A DNA stretch of 64,000 bases from an uncultured delta proteobacterium. GTDB taxonomy: Bacteria > Myxococcota_A > Polyangia > Polyangiales > Polyangiaceae. This document shows, piece after piece, positions 1 through 9,593 of the stretch. Positions within the stretch are counted from its first letter, which is position 1. Each line of letters opens with the position of its first letter. The stretch lies in contig CAVOKF010000005.1 in assembly GCA_963696385.1 (NCBI GenBank), positions 32,001 to 96,000 of the forward strand, in the 5' to 3' direction. Made by a program: the position numbers and the translations under genes. The notes beneath the pieces were generated by a model, which was given only the letters and a program-made list of their open reading frames with translations, ran no database searches and was not told the DNA's origin.

Positions 1-1
1 G

Positions 2-280
2 AATCACGGTGTGCCGTGGCGCGGAGCCGTATATCTCGTCGGCACGGCTTGTGTGGCGTTTCATTTCGCGTCCGGACTGTGGGGACGCCTTGCGGCACGC
101 GGTGACGGTGGTACGACAGCGGGGAGATTGGCGGCCCTCGCGGCCGGATCGGTGGGGGTGGTGCTCTGGCTCATGTTGCTTCTGGTCGTTCTCTTTCATG
201 CCACTGGAGTTCGGCCCTTTGGCGGAAGCGCGGATGAAGACGGGAGCGCGACGGAGTCTTGTCCCGTGCTGTCGCGATGA
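2..280 (+). CDS. sdhC: Succinate dehydrogenase cytochrome b558 subunit-like protein, C-terminal part (5' end outside window)
   Basis: Open frame from window edge; 'YLVGTACVAFHFASGLW' resembles the last heme-ligand helix of Bacillus-type SdhC and is followed by a further TM helix; lies upstream of sdhAB. Confidence 0.65.
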   Translation, partial: NHGVPWRGAVYLVGTACVAFHFASGLWGRLAARGDGGTTAGRLAALAAGSVGVVLWLMLLLVVLFHATGVRPFGGSADEDGSATESCPVLSR

Positions 281-404
281 GTTGTGGCGAGCCGATAGCA
301 GGCAGCCCTCAGCCGAAAGCAGCCCATTGCGATGCGCAACGACACGGGTGTGAAACGTCGTCGCAATGGCCGTGTCCGGGGCCGCGCGTCATTCTGTGGC
401 GGTC

Positions 405-1190
405 ATGCCGTGGGCCGATTACGATTGGGCGTCTGCGGAAGATGTCGTACCCAGCGCGTTCGTCGACGGGTTCGTCGCCTCGATGCCGGCGCGCTACGGT
501 TTTCTGTTCGAGGCTCGAGCTATTCAGCGGCACGCGGGCGTCTCGTTCCGTCGGGGTGAGCGGCCTGCGCACGTCGAGCTCTGGCGTTCATTGCCGGACC
601 GCAGCGCCGCGTTCTGTGTCGTCGCTCAGGATCGCCCCGGCCTCCTGTCGGCCATTGCTGCCGCGCTCGTGCTTCACAAGCTCGACGTGATTACGGCGCT
701 CGTCTTCTCTCGGCCGCTATCCTGCGAGATGTCGGAGGCCGTGGATTTGGTGTGGGTCCGGCGTGTGAGCGCCGTCGACACGGCCGCGATCGATGCCGAC
801 GAAGCCGACTCGATCGGCGAAGTGCTGAGTGCAATCCTGTCGGGAATCATCTCCGTCGAACACATCGCGTCGCGGGCGTTTCCGCTGCCGCCTGGCACCG
901 AGCAGAGCGTCGTCGTTCGCTTCGAGCCGATGGACGATGATGGTCTTGCGGCCCTCATTGTCGAAGCGCCCGACCGGCCCGGCATCCTGTTGACGATCGC
1001 TCTTGAATTGTTTCAACAGGGAGCTCAGATCGCGCGATCGCTCGTGAGGACCAGCGACGGCCGGGCGTTCAATCGCTTCGAGATCGTCGAGTTCAGCGGT
1101 GCGCCTCTTACCGACGAGCGGCGAGAACAGATTCGGAACGCGGTGTTTGCCGCCCTCGCTCTCACCGAACCATCCTTGGGGTCGCCATGA
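405..1190 (+). CDS. Tandem ACT-domain protein (resembles the GlnD C-terminal ACT pair, no catalytic domain)
   Basis: Two ACT signatures 'VVAQDRPGLLSAIAAAL' and 'IVEAPDRPGILLTIALEL'; start could be 366 or 405. Confidence 0.8.
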   Translation: MPWADYDWASAEDVVPSAFVDGFVASMPARYGFLFEARAIQRHAGVSFRRGERPAHVELWRSLPDRSAAFCVVAQDRPGLLSAIAAALVLHKLDVITALVFSRPLSCEMSEAVDLVWVRRVSAVDTAAIDADEADSIGEVLSAILSGIISVEHIASRAFPLPPGTEQSVVVRFEPMDDDGLAALIVEAPDRPGILLTIALELFQQGAQIARSLVRTSDGRAFNRFEIVEFSGAPLTDERREQIRNAVFAALALTEPSLGSP

Positions 1191-1278
1191 CCCGAGTGGA
1201 CACATGCGAGGGTGCTCTCCTCCGTTTGACACACGTGTTCATTTCTCCTACGGCACTTGCAGGAAGGCCGTCCCGAAA

Positions 1279-3327
1279 TTGCTTACTCAAACCGAGTCCG
1301 GGAATGTCCGCCGAGTCGTCGTCGTTGGCGGCGGTCTCGCTGGGCTGATGACCGTCATCAAGCTTTGTGAGGCGGGCGTTCCGGTCGATCTGTTTTCGCT
1401 CGTTCCGGTGAAGCGGTCGCACTCGGTCTGCGCTCAGGGCGGTATCAACGCGAGCGTCGACACCAAAGGTGAGGGCGACTCGCCGCAGGTGCACTTGGAA
1501 GAAACGGTGTATGGCGGTGATTTCCTCGCTAACCAGCCCCCGGTCAAAGGCATGTGCGACGCGGCGCCCGCCATCGTTTTCATGCTTGACCGCATGGGCG
1601 TGCCATTCAATCGCACGGCTGAAGGCTTGCTAGATTTCCGTCGCTTCGGCGGGACCCTATTTCATCGCACGGCGTTTGCTGGAGCAACGACGGGCCAGCA
1701 GTTGCTCTACGCGCTTGACGAGCAGGTGCGGCGTTGGGAAATCGTCGAGGTTGAGGACGAGCGAGGGCAACACGTTCCCGGGCAGCCGATGGTGCGCAAG
1801 TTCGAGTGGTGGGATTTTCTCGCGCTCGTGAACGACGACGACGGCATTTGTCGAGGAATCGTTGCACAGGACCTGAAGACGATGGCCATCAGAGCCTTCC
1901 CGGGTGAAGCCGTTTGCTTGGCGACTGGCGGCTGCGGCATCATCTTCGGAAGAACGACGAACAGTGTCATCAATACGGGAACGGCGTCGAGCGCGGTCTA
2001 TCAGCAGGGCGCCTGCTACGCGAACGGCGAGTTCATACAGGTCCATCCAACCGCGATTCCCGGGACCGACAAGCTGCGCCTCATCTCGGAAAGCGCTCGC
2101 GGAGAGGGCGGGCGCATCTGGGTCCCGCGTGATCCCCGCGAGCGTCGGTCTGGCCGGGAGGTCCCGGAGAGCGCTCGCGATTATTTCTTGGAAGAGAAAT
2201 ATCCGGGCTACGGCAATCTCGTCCCCCGGGACATCGCGAGCCGCGAGCTCTTCAGAAAATGCTTTCATGCGGATCGCGGCGTCTACAACGCAAAGAGCGG
2301 CCGGAACGAAAACGAAGTGTATCTGGATGTGACGCACCTGCCGCGCGAGGTGCTTCGAAAGAAACTCGCGGGCGTATTGGAAATTTATGAGAAATTCGCT
2401 GGCGAGGACCCGTACACGAATCCGATGCGGGTATTTCCCGCCGTGCACTATTCGATGGGCGGACTCTGGGTGGACTTCGAGCGTGCCGCCAACGGGTCGC
2501 TCGTGATGGCTTCACCCCGCAATCAGGCGACGAATGTGCCTGGCCTCTACGCTTGCGGCGAAGTCGACTATCAATATCATGGCGCGAATCGGCTCGGCGC
2601 CAACTCGCTGCTTTCGTGCCTGTGGGGCGGCATGGTGACCGGTCCGGCCATCGCAGCGTATCGAAAGAACCTTGCCCGTGGAGCGTGGGACATGCCGTCG
2701 TCGCTCTTTGAAAAGGCTGAGCGCCGCGAGCAGAGAAAGTTTAGTGCCATCCTGGCGATGACGGGTAACGAGAATCCCTATGTCCTGCACGACGAGCTCG
2801 GCAAGGCGATGCTTGTCGACTGCACTATCGAGCGCGACAATCGGAGGCTCGCTCAAGTGATCGCAAAGATTGAAGAGCTCGATGAGCGATCACGGCGCGC
2901 TGGCGTCACGGACACGGCGACGGGTGTGATGAATCAGGGGGCGCAGTTCCTGCGGCATCTTTGCAATATGATCGTTTTGGCTCGCGTCATCGCGACCGGA
3001 GCGCGGGCGCGAGACGAGTCACGTGGTGCCCACTTCAAACCCGAGTTTGCCCAACGTGACGATGCGACGTGGATGCGAACGACCCTGGCCTTCCATCAGG
3101 GCGCAGCAAACGGTGCTCCTGACGCTGTCCGGTACGTTCGCGCATTTGACTACACTTTGGGGGGCGAGCGCATCCACGTGACCGATGATGTCGACGTCAC
3201 CCTCGTTCGACCGAGGACCCGTAGGTACGAGATGGCGGGCGCAGCGAGCGAGGCCGCGAAGGGTGGCCTCGAGTCAGTTGGGCTGTCGTCGCTCGGCGAT
3301 GCCGTGCAGACCGAAAAGGGCGTATGA
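1279..3327 (+). CDS. sdhA: Succinate dehydrogenase flavoprotein subunit
   Basis: GGGLAG FAD loop, 'RSHSVCAQGGI' covalent-FAD His, 'QVHPT', 'HYSMGG', 'HGANRLGANSL', 'ESRGAH'; TTG start at 1279 inferred. Confidence 0.96.
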   Translation: MLTQTESGNVRRVVVVGGGLAGLMTVIKLCEAGVPVDLFSLVPVKRSHSVCAQGGINASVDTKGEGDSPQVHLEETVYGGDFLANQPPVKGMCDAAPAIVFMLDRMGVPFNRTAEGLLDFRRFGGTLFHRTAFAGATTGQQLLYALDEQVRRWEIVEVEDERGQHVPGQPMVRKFEWWDFLALVNDDDGICRGIVAQDLKTMAIRAFPGEAVCLATGGCGIIFGRTTNSVINTGTASSAVYQQGACYANGEFIQVHPTAIPGTDKLRLISESARGEGGRIWVPRDPRERRSGREVPESARDYFLEEKYPGYGNLVPRDIASRELFRKCFHADRGVYNAKSGRNENEVYLDVTHLPREVLRKKLAGVLEIYEKFAGEDPYTNPMRVFPAVHYSMGGLWVDFERAANGSLVMASPRNQATNVPGLYACGEVDYQYHGANRLGANSLLSCLWGGMVTGPAIAAYRKNLARGAWDMPSSLFEKAERREQRKFSAILAMTGNENPYVLHDELGKAMLVDCTIERDNRRLAQVIAKIEELDERSRRAGVTDTATGVMNQGAQFLRHLCNMIVLARVIATGARARDESRGAHFKPEFAQRDDATWMRTTLAFHQGAANGAPDAVRYVRAFDYTLGGERIHVTDDVDVTLVRPRTRRYEMAGAASEAAKGGLESVGLSSLGDAVQTEKGV

Positions 3328-3336
3328 ACGGTCAGG

Positions 3337-4098
3337 ATGGCCAAGCAGCGTATCGTCAAGCTTAGGGTGAAGCGCCAGGACGGGCCGAATTCGTCTGCGT
3401 ATTGGCATGATTTCGAAGTCGCTTGGCAGCCGCAGATGAATGTGATCGGCGCGCTGATGGAGATTCGCCGACGGCCTGTCGCATTCGGAGGGCAGAAGGT
3501 CACGCCAGTCGTCTGGGAGTGCGTATGCCTCGAAGAAGTTTGCGGCTCGTGCACGATGATCATTAACGGGCGCGTCCGGCAGTCATGCAGCGCGCTCATT
3601 GATCACGTCGCGCCCGATGGGGAAACGATCGTGCTCGAACCGATGACCAAGTTTCCCGTGGTGCGCGATCTCGTCGTCGATCGATCCAAGATGTTCGATG
3701 ATCTGAAGCGCGTAAAGGCTTGGGTTCAGCTTGACGGATCGCACCCGCTCGGCCCCGGTCCGCGTCAATCGCAAGGGAGCCAGGAGCAAGCCTATCCGCT
3801 CTCACGGTGCATGACCTGTGGGTGTTGTCTCGAAGCGTGCCCGCAAGTCAACGCTGGCAGTGCATTCGTCGGCCCGGCCGCTGTCAGTCAGGTGCGCCTC
3901 TTCAATTTGCATCCAAGCGGCGAGATGCATGAGGCGGAGCGACTTGACACCGTCATGGGCGATGGCGGTGTCGAGGATTGCGGCAAGGCCCAGAACTGTG
4001 TCGAGGTCTGTCCGAAAGAGATTCCGCTGGTCGACTCGATCGCGGCGGTGGGGCGAGCGGCAACGAAGCGCATGCTTCTTGGCTGGCTGCTTGGGTAG
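3337..4098 (+). CDS. sdhB: Succinate dehydrogenase iron-sulfur subunit
   Basis: 'CLEEVCGSC', 'CMTCGCCLEAC', 'CGKAQNCVEVCP' Fe-S motifs; directly after sdhA. Confidence 0.96.
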   Translation: MAKQRIVKLRVKRQDGPNSSAYWHDFEVAWQPQMNVIGALMEIRRRPVAFGGQKVTPVVWECVCLEEVCGSCTMIINGRVRQSCSALIDHVAPDGETIVLEPMTKFPVVRDLVVDRSKMFDDLKRVKAWVQLDGSHPLGPGPRQSQGSQEQAYPLSRCMTCGCCLEACPQVNAGSAFVGPAAVSQVRLFNLHPSGEMHEAERLDTVMGDGGVEDCGKAQNCVEVCPKEIPLVDSIAAVGRAATKRMLLGWLLG

Positions 4099-4204
4099 CT
4101 CTCGCGAATAAGAAATTTGGCCCTGCGGCGCGTGCTGCGATACCGCATGAATCCGGCAACGCTCCGATCTTGGACGGGCCACTTCCCCATAGGAGCCGTG
4201 GACG

Positions 4205-4543
4205 ATGAACCACCTGATTAGCGCCGTGACGATTCCGAAGGCGCGTACACTGGCCGATCGCGTGCGTGACGTCGCAAGCTCCCTCGGCTGCGATGCCATA
4301 TGGGTCCGGGCCTCGGGCCCACACGTGTTGCTGGGTCTCAGTGCGGACGAGCCCTTCGCACGTGTGACCCCGCTTGGAAGCGGCGCGTTTGGACTGTCCT
4401 TTCGAAGGGTCGACCCTTCGGTGCTTTCGCGGGCGCACGAGTGGGAACCCTTGCTGCTCGTCGATTCACTGAGCGATATCGTCGAGCACGCACTGATTGG
4501 GGCCGCCGCGCCGCTTCGGCCCCTTGACGGTTCGGGCAGTTGA
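4205..4543 (+). CDS. Hypothetical protein (112 aa)
   Basis: ATG ORF filling the gap between sdhB and the next gene; globular-looking composition; AGGAG upstream. Confidence 0.6.
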   Translation: MNHLISAVTIPKARTLADRVRDVASSLGCDAIWVRASGPHVLLGLSADEPFARVTPLGSGAFGLSFRRVDPSVLSRAHEWEPLLLVDSLSDIVEHALIGAAAPLRPLDGSGS

Positions 4544-4565
4544 CACAAATGGTACTCTGAGCCGC

Positions 4566-5270
4566 GTGCGGAGACGGCGGCTCGCATTCTCGGTTTGCGT
4601 GACGGCTTCTACGTGGGTCGTGGCCGCCTCTGCCCAGCCGTCCGAACCCGTGTTGGAAGCCCCCGTTCGGTTTTCCGAGCAACCGGACGACGCGCGACAA
4701 GATGCCTCACCGAGTCCCCCCGCGCTGGGCGAAGCGCTCCCGCCGCGGCCACGCAAGAGGGGGCTCGTCCTCGAGTCGACCCTCGGTGTGCTGGGCTTCG
4801 CGGGTCAATTTCGTCACGTCGCACCGCCCGCATACTGGCTTCACACACAGCTCGGGTACGAGATCGGTTGGCTCATGATGTTCGTTGCCGCGGAGGTCGC
4901 GCTCACGGACACAACGGAGTCGCTCGACGAGTCGCAGTCGATGGGCTTCGCCATGTGGGGGTTCAGCGGTGGCGCGCGCGCTACAATGCAAGCGACCGAG
5001 CGAGTTGCCTTCTACCTGCAGGCGGAAGTCGGCGCGTTGACTGCGGACGCCCCCCGCGACGCGTTAGTGATTCTCGGTTTTCGCCGTGCGGAGACGTTGA
5101 ACCCGTCCTACGGATCTCGTATGGGCGTTGAATGGTACCAGACGGATAGACATCTTGCGCTCTTCGCTGCCTTGGGTGGCCGACTGGCAGAGGGTTTGGC
5201 TAAGACCGCCGCCCCGTCGGACTTGCCGTTGGGATGGGACGTGGGCGCCGGGTTCCGTTATACATTTTGA
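4566..5270 (+). CDS. Putative outer-membrane beta-barrel protein
   Basis: Signal-peptide-like N-terminus (RRRRLAFSVCV...AASA), Pro-rich linker, alternating beta-strand pattern, C-terminal 'GAGFRYTF' ending in Phe; start approximate. Confidence 0.7.
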   Translation: MRRRRLAFSVCVTASTWVVAASAQPSEPVLEAPVRFSEQPDDARQDASPSPPALGEALPPRPRKRGLVLESTLGVLGFAGQFRHVAPPAYWLHTQLGYEIGWLMMFVAAEVALTDTTESLDESQSMGFAMWGFSGGARATMQATERVAFYLQAEVGALTADAPRDALVILGFRRAETLNPSYGSRMGVEWYQTDRHLALFAALGGRLAEGLAKTAAPSDLPLGWDVGAGFRYTF

Positions 5271-5325
5271 CGGCAAGGCAACGCTCGCGGCACCCAGGTC
5301 GGTCGAGACTCGGACAGAACGGATC

Positions 5326-6102
5326 ATGAATCTCCACCGTGTCATCCTATTCACGCTCGCGCTCGGGTCCGCGACTGGCGCATGTGGGGTTTCGCGGTCA
5401 GAATTCGAAGCGAAGTCGCGGGAAGCGGAAGCCGCAAAGCAAGACTCGGACGTCACGAAGAAGCAGCTCGCCCAGGTGCAGCAGCAGCTCGCGTCGAATC
5501 TGCAGCTTGTGGGCGACTTGAAAAATTCACTCGGGATGGCGCAATCGCAAGCGATCACCGAAGAGCAGAAGGCCGCGCTCGAAGAAGCCAAGCATGCCGT
5601 TGAGGAAGCCCAAGAGCGCGGCAGGCTGCTCGGGGATCTCCAATCGAAGTTCAAGAGGCTGATCGATGCCGGTCACCTGAAGGTGACGACCCGCCGTGGA
5701 CGGATCGTCTTGCAGTTGCACAACGACGTTCTCTTTGATCCTGGGGAAGCGGACCTGAAGGCGGGAGGCAAGCTCGCCGTGATGGAGGTCGCCGCGACGC
5801 TTCGCGCCGTCGGTGCGAAGCGCTTTCAGGTCGCGGGACACACCGACAGCGAACAGCTGAGTCCTGCGACGAAGGCCAAGTACGCCACGAACTGGGAGCT
5901 GTCCGCCGATCGCGCCATTGCAGTCGTAAAGCTCCTGGTTCAGAGCGGAGTTGATCCGAGCGTCCTGTCCGCGGCCGGGTACGGGCCCTACGATGCTGTG
6001 GCGCCGAACAACACCGCCGAAGGACAGGCTAAGAATCGGCGCATCGAAATCACGCTCGTGCCGAATGTCGCTCAGCTGGTTGCCGCGGTGGAGAAAAAGT
6101 GA
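5326..6102 (+). CDS. OmpA/MotB-family peptidoglycan-binding lipoprotein with coiled coil
   Basis: Lipobox-like 'TGAC', coiled-coil region, 'VLFDPG', 'GHTDS', 'NWELSADRA', 'KNRRIEI'. Confidence 0.9.
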   Translation: MNLHRVILFTLALGSATGACGVSRSEFEAKSREAEAAKQDSDVTKKQLAQVQQQLASNLQLVGDLKNSLGMAQSQAITEEQKAALEEAKHAVEEAQERGRLLGDLQSKFKRLIDAGHLKVTTRRGRIVLQLHNDVLFDPGEADLKAGGKLAVMEVAATLRAVGAKRFQVAGHTDSEQLSPATKAKYATNWELSADRAIAVVKLLVQSGVDPSVLSAAGYGPYDAVAPNNTAEGQAKNRRIEITLVPNVAQLVAAVEKK

Positions 6103-6151
6103 TGCATGCCATCGACCTTAGACGAGAAGCGATGCTCACCTCGATTCACCC

Positions 6152-8071
6152 ATGAGGCTCGTGCGTGTTGCGCTCGCCAACGCCAACGCCACGGTCGGTG
6201 CCTGTCGGTCCAACATCGATCGGGCAATCGATCTGGCGCGGATCGCCGCCGCCGATAAGGCAACGGTGGTAGTTTTTCCCGAGCAAGTGGTGGGCGGCTA
6301 CCCGCCAGAAGACCTGATTCAGTGGAGGGCTTTTGTAGACGCTCAACGGGCCCAGCTCGATCGCTTTGCGCGCGAGACGTCCGACCTCGGGTGCGCTTCC
6401 GTACTCGGGCTTGTTATAGGCCGCGGGCCCCACTTATACAACGTTGCGACGCTCGTTCATGCGGGCCGCGTGCACGGGTTTGTCCCAAAAGAGAAGCTGC
6501 CTCTCTATAATGTATTTTACGAAGCGCGTACGATGGCGCGGGGCTCGGCGGGACTCGCCGACCGCATCGCGGGTGTGGCGTTTGGCGATTTGGTGTTCGA
6601 ACTCGATTTCGGCGTGGTGGCTCTCGAAGTCTGTGAAGACGGATGGTCTCCCGATGGTCCCATGCGCCGGCGCTCCTATGCGGGCGCCGAGCTCGTCGTG
6701 AACGTGAGCGCATCGCCCTTTCGGGTCGGAATCGCCGAGACGCGTCGCGAGATGGTGGCGACGCGTGCTGCGGACTGTCAGGTGACGCTTGCCTACGTCA
6801 ATCTCGTCGGCGCCAACGATGGGCTGGTCTTCGATGGCGGGGGGTTCGTGGCCCAGAACGGCCGTGTTCTGCTCGCCGCTGAGCGATTTCGTGAAGGAGT
6901 CGAAGCCGTGACGTTCGACCTCGACAGAACGCGTCGACTAAGAACCGAGAACACAACCTGGCGCGAGGACCAGGAGGCGTTCGCCGCAATTGCGCCCAAC
7001 GTAATGCGCGTCTCGGTCCCCGAACCGACCCACGGACGCGAGGCTTTGACGTTTCCGGTTCCGATCCACAGAAGCTTCTTTCTGCCCGCCGACGAGCGTC
7101 GTAAGTCGGCGCGCGACGCGTTCTGCGAAGAGCTGCTGGATGCACTGGCGTTAGGGGTAGGCGATTATTTCGAAAAGAACGCGTGCTTCAACGTGATCGG
7201 TGTCGCGCTCTCGGGGGGGCGGGATAGCCTGATCGTTCTCGCGATCGCTCGCCGATGGATCGACCGCCGTTGGGCGGCGCTTGCCGAGAGCGAGCGTCGA
7301 GCCAAAGCTCGCGAACTGTTACGTACTTTTTACATGCCGACGCGCTATTCGTCAGCGGAGACGCGTGCTGCAGCGGAACAAACGGCCGTCGATTTCGACG
7401 CTCAATTGTCAGTGGTCTCGATCGACGATGCGTTTGAGCGTGAGCTCGAGGCGGTCGAGCGCATGTTGCAGCCCGGCGAACGGCTGACCCCAATGGCTCG
7501 GCAGAACGTTCAGGCTCGCGTGCGGTCGGAGCGCATGTGGACTTGGGCGAATGCGGTGGGTGGCCTGTTCTTGCAGACGAGCAATATGAGCGAGAAAGCC
7601 GTGGGCTACGTCACCATCGGTGGCGATGGCGAAGGAGCGCTGGGCGTCATCGCCAATGTCCCGAAGACCGTCGTCAACTATCTTATCGACTGGCTCTACG
7701 ATTCGACACGATCGGAGGGGATAAGGCTGACGCTTCTCAAGCCTGCAAGCGCAGAGCTTGCGGCCGACCAAGAAGATGAGCGTGAGCTCATGCCGTTTCC
7801 GGTCCTTGACGCCTGCTTCGCGCTCTTTGTGGGCGAGAAGATGGGCGCAGACGAGGTGGCGGTGGCGCTGCGAGTCCTGTTTCCGGAGTTCCAGAGAACA
7901 ACGTTGGATGCGTGGGTTGAACGGTTCGTGGGTTTGTTCTCGGACTCGATCTGCAAATGGGTGCAGGCTCCCATCTCTTTGCATGTCGGCAATCTCGATC
8001 TCGAGCGGGAGCGTGCGCTCCAGCTTCCGGTCGTCAAGGGCGGCGATTGGCATGGCGTCGTGCGACAATAG
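6152..8071 (+). CDS. nadE: Glutamine-dependent NAD+ synthetase
   Basis: Nitrilase domain with E-K-C triad (FPEQ, KEKLP, VCED) fused to synthetase domain with 'SGGRDS', 'QNVQAR', 'PASAEL'. Confidence 0.93.
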   Translation: MRLVRVALANANATVGACRSNIDRAIDLARIAAADKATVVVFPEQVVGGYPPEDLIQWRAFVDAQRAQLDRFARETSDLGCASVLGLVIGRGPHLYNVATLVHAGRVHGFVPKEKLPLYNVFYEARTMARGSAGLADRIAGVAFGDLVFELDFGVVALEVCEDGWSPDGPMRRRSYAGAELVVNVSASPFRVGIAETRREMVATRAADCQVTLAYVNLVGANDGLVFDGGGFVAQNGRVLLAAERFREGVEAVTFDLDRTRRLRTENTTWREDQEAFAAIAPNVMRVSVPEPTHGREALTFPVPIHRSFFLPADERRKSARDAFCEELLDALALGVGDYFEKNACFNVIGVALSGGRDSLIVLAIARRWIDRRWAALAESERRAKARELLRTFYMPTRYSSAETRAAAEQTAVDFDAQLSVVSIDDAFERELEAVERMLQPGERLTPMARQNVQARVRSERMWTWANAVGGLFLQTSNMSEKAVGYVTIGGDGEGALGVIANVPKTVVNYLIDWLYDSTRSEGIRLTLLKPASAELAADQEDERELMPFPVLDACFALFVGEKMGADEVAVALRVLFPEFQRTTLDAWVERFVGLFSDSICKWVQAPISLHVGNLDLERERALQLPVVKGGDWHGVVRQ

Positions 8072-8098
8072 CGCCTCGGAGGGAGAGCCAGTTCACGT

Positions 8099-8119
8099 TA
8101 ACGCGCATTCATAAGTTGG
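8099..8119. repeat. IS terminal inverted repeat (downstream of transposase)
   Basis: TAACGCGCATTCATAAGTTGG versus reverse complement of 9573-9593, TAATGCGCGTTCATAGGTAGG. Confidence 0.8.
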
Positions 8120-8143
8120 TACTTAGGGATTCGGGATGGCGCG

Positions 8144-9457
8144 CTACCACACAAGTGCGAGTGGCTCGAGGCCCATAGCGAGACGACCGCGCTTTCGATC
8201 GCGAGCAGGATGAGCGCGGCGCGCGTTGGAATCGAGGAACTTGAGCGCTTCGGCGAGGGCACGACGTAGTTGGCGCGGCGAGTCGAGAAGGCCGCGGAGG
8301 ACATCGTCGAAGTAATGCTTGCCGGACGCTGCGGCTCGCTGGGTCGAAAGCTCCACCCCCAGCGACGCTTCCGCGAAGTGTGCGAGTGAACGTTTCAGAA
8401 GGGCTGCGAGCAGGCTCGCCCATATCATCGCTTTCGCGATAGCGGCCTTGCCCGTATCGAAGGCATGAAGGTTGGCGTGGGATTTGAACTCTTTGAACAG
8501 GAGTTCCACTTGCCAGCGGAGGCGATACAAGCCGGCCACGTCGGCGGCGGAGAAGCGCTTGCGAGCGAGGTTGCTGTGCAGGTACACGAACGTCTTCGCG
8601 TTGCGCTTGCCGCGCTTGTAGATCGCCACAATTCGGCCGCGATACACGAATGAATTCGCCAGCCATTCGATGTCGAGATCGACCGTCTGGGCCGGAAGCA
8701 GGTCCCAGTTCAACTTCTGGCCGAGCAACTTGGGGATGGATTTGCCGGCGCTGTCGAAAGCTGCCCGAATGGTGGGTCGAATGTTTTTGGTTCCGCGGAC
8801 GATGAAGGCGCCGCCCGCTTGGTCGACGTCGAAAAAGAATTTTCGCTCCTCGTACCCTCGGTCGGCCAGAAAGAGCCGCTCGCGAAGACTCGCGGCCTCG
8901 GGACGGTAGGTTCGCTCGGTCTCCTTGTCGGCCGTCAGGGCGACGATGCGCACATCGTCTTGGAGCAGACTCATCGTGACGTGCAGTTCCACGGCGGCTG
9001 GCGAGATTTTCGTAAAGCGGCCCGGCCATGTGCGTTTCAAGTCGTCCTTGAGCGCGAACGACGTCCCGTCGTGAATGACAATGTCCCGAAAGGTCGACAG
9101 TTTGGGGGACACGGCGTGCAGAACCGGCTGGCTCATCTTCTGTACCGTCGCTTCCAGCAGCATCCGAAACATCTCTGGAAAGGACGCTTGCGCGAGCCGG
9201 TTGTGAAAGGGCTTATATCGCAGCGAAAGGCCCGCGAATTTCCGGAACGTCCGCAGAATATCGGCCAACCACTTGGCGTGGCCCGACCCGAGCGTGGACA
9301 GCACCGCCACGACCATCGCCAGCGGCATCACCTTGCGCACGCGCCGTAGCCAGCCGCTACGTCTCGCGATCGCGGTCACCTGCTCCTCGCCGAGTACGTC
9401 GGTAAGCCGTTTCGCATACACGCCGACTTCGGCGCGTGTACCGTTCGATCCGTGCAT
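8144..9457 (-). CDS. IS4-family DDE transposase
   Basis: 'IVIHDGTS', 'LFLADRGY' and the Y-R-E-K signature 'YRLRWQVELLFKEFK'; AAAGGAG RBS before ATG 9457. Confidence 0.93.
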   Translation of the reverse strand: MHGSNGTRAEVGVYAKRLTDVLGEEQVTAIARRSGWLRRVRKVMPLAMVVAVLSTLGSGHAKWLADILRTFRKFAGLSLRYKPFHNRLAQASFPEMFRMLLEATVQKMSQPVLHAVSPKLSTFRDIVIHDGTSFALKDDLKRTWPGRFTKISPAAVELHVTMSLLQDDVRIVALTADKETERTYRPEAASLRERLFLADRGYEERKFFFDVDQAGGAFIVRGTKNIRPTIRAAFDSAGKSIPKLLGQKLNWDLLPAQTVDLDIEWLANSFVYRGRIVAIYKRGKRNAKTFVYLHSNLARKRFSAADVAGLYRLRWQVELLFKEFKSHANLHAFDTGKAAIAKAMIWASLLAALLKRSLAHFAEASLGVELSTQRAAASGKHYFDDVLRGLLDSPRQLRRALAEALKFLDSNARRAHPARDRKRGRLAMGLEPLALVW

Positions 9458-9572
9458 CGGGGTCTCCTTTCGCGTGTCCACAACACCGCGTCTAGAGAAT
9501 CCCCGATGCCTTTGACTACCCAATTCGTGCACTATGCACGTAAGTGATCGACATCACTCGAGAAATAAAGAT

Positions 9573-9593
9573 CCTACCTATGAACGCGCATTA
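9573..9593. repeat. IS terminal inverted repeat (upstream of transposase)
   Basis: CCTACCTATGAACGCGCATTA, partner of 8099-8119. Confidence 0.8.

Larger units (their letters stand above)
8099..9593 (-). mobile_element. IS4-family insertion sequence (about 1495 bp)
   Basis: Single DDE transposase bounded by 21-bp imperfect terminal inverted repeats (17/21 match); no target-site duplication seen. Confidence 0.88.
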
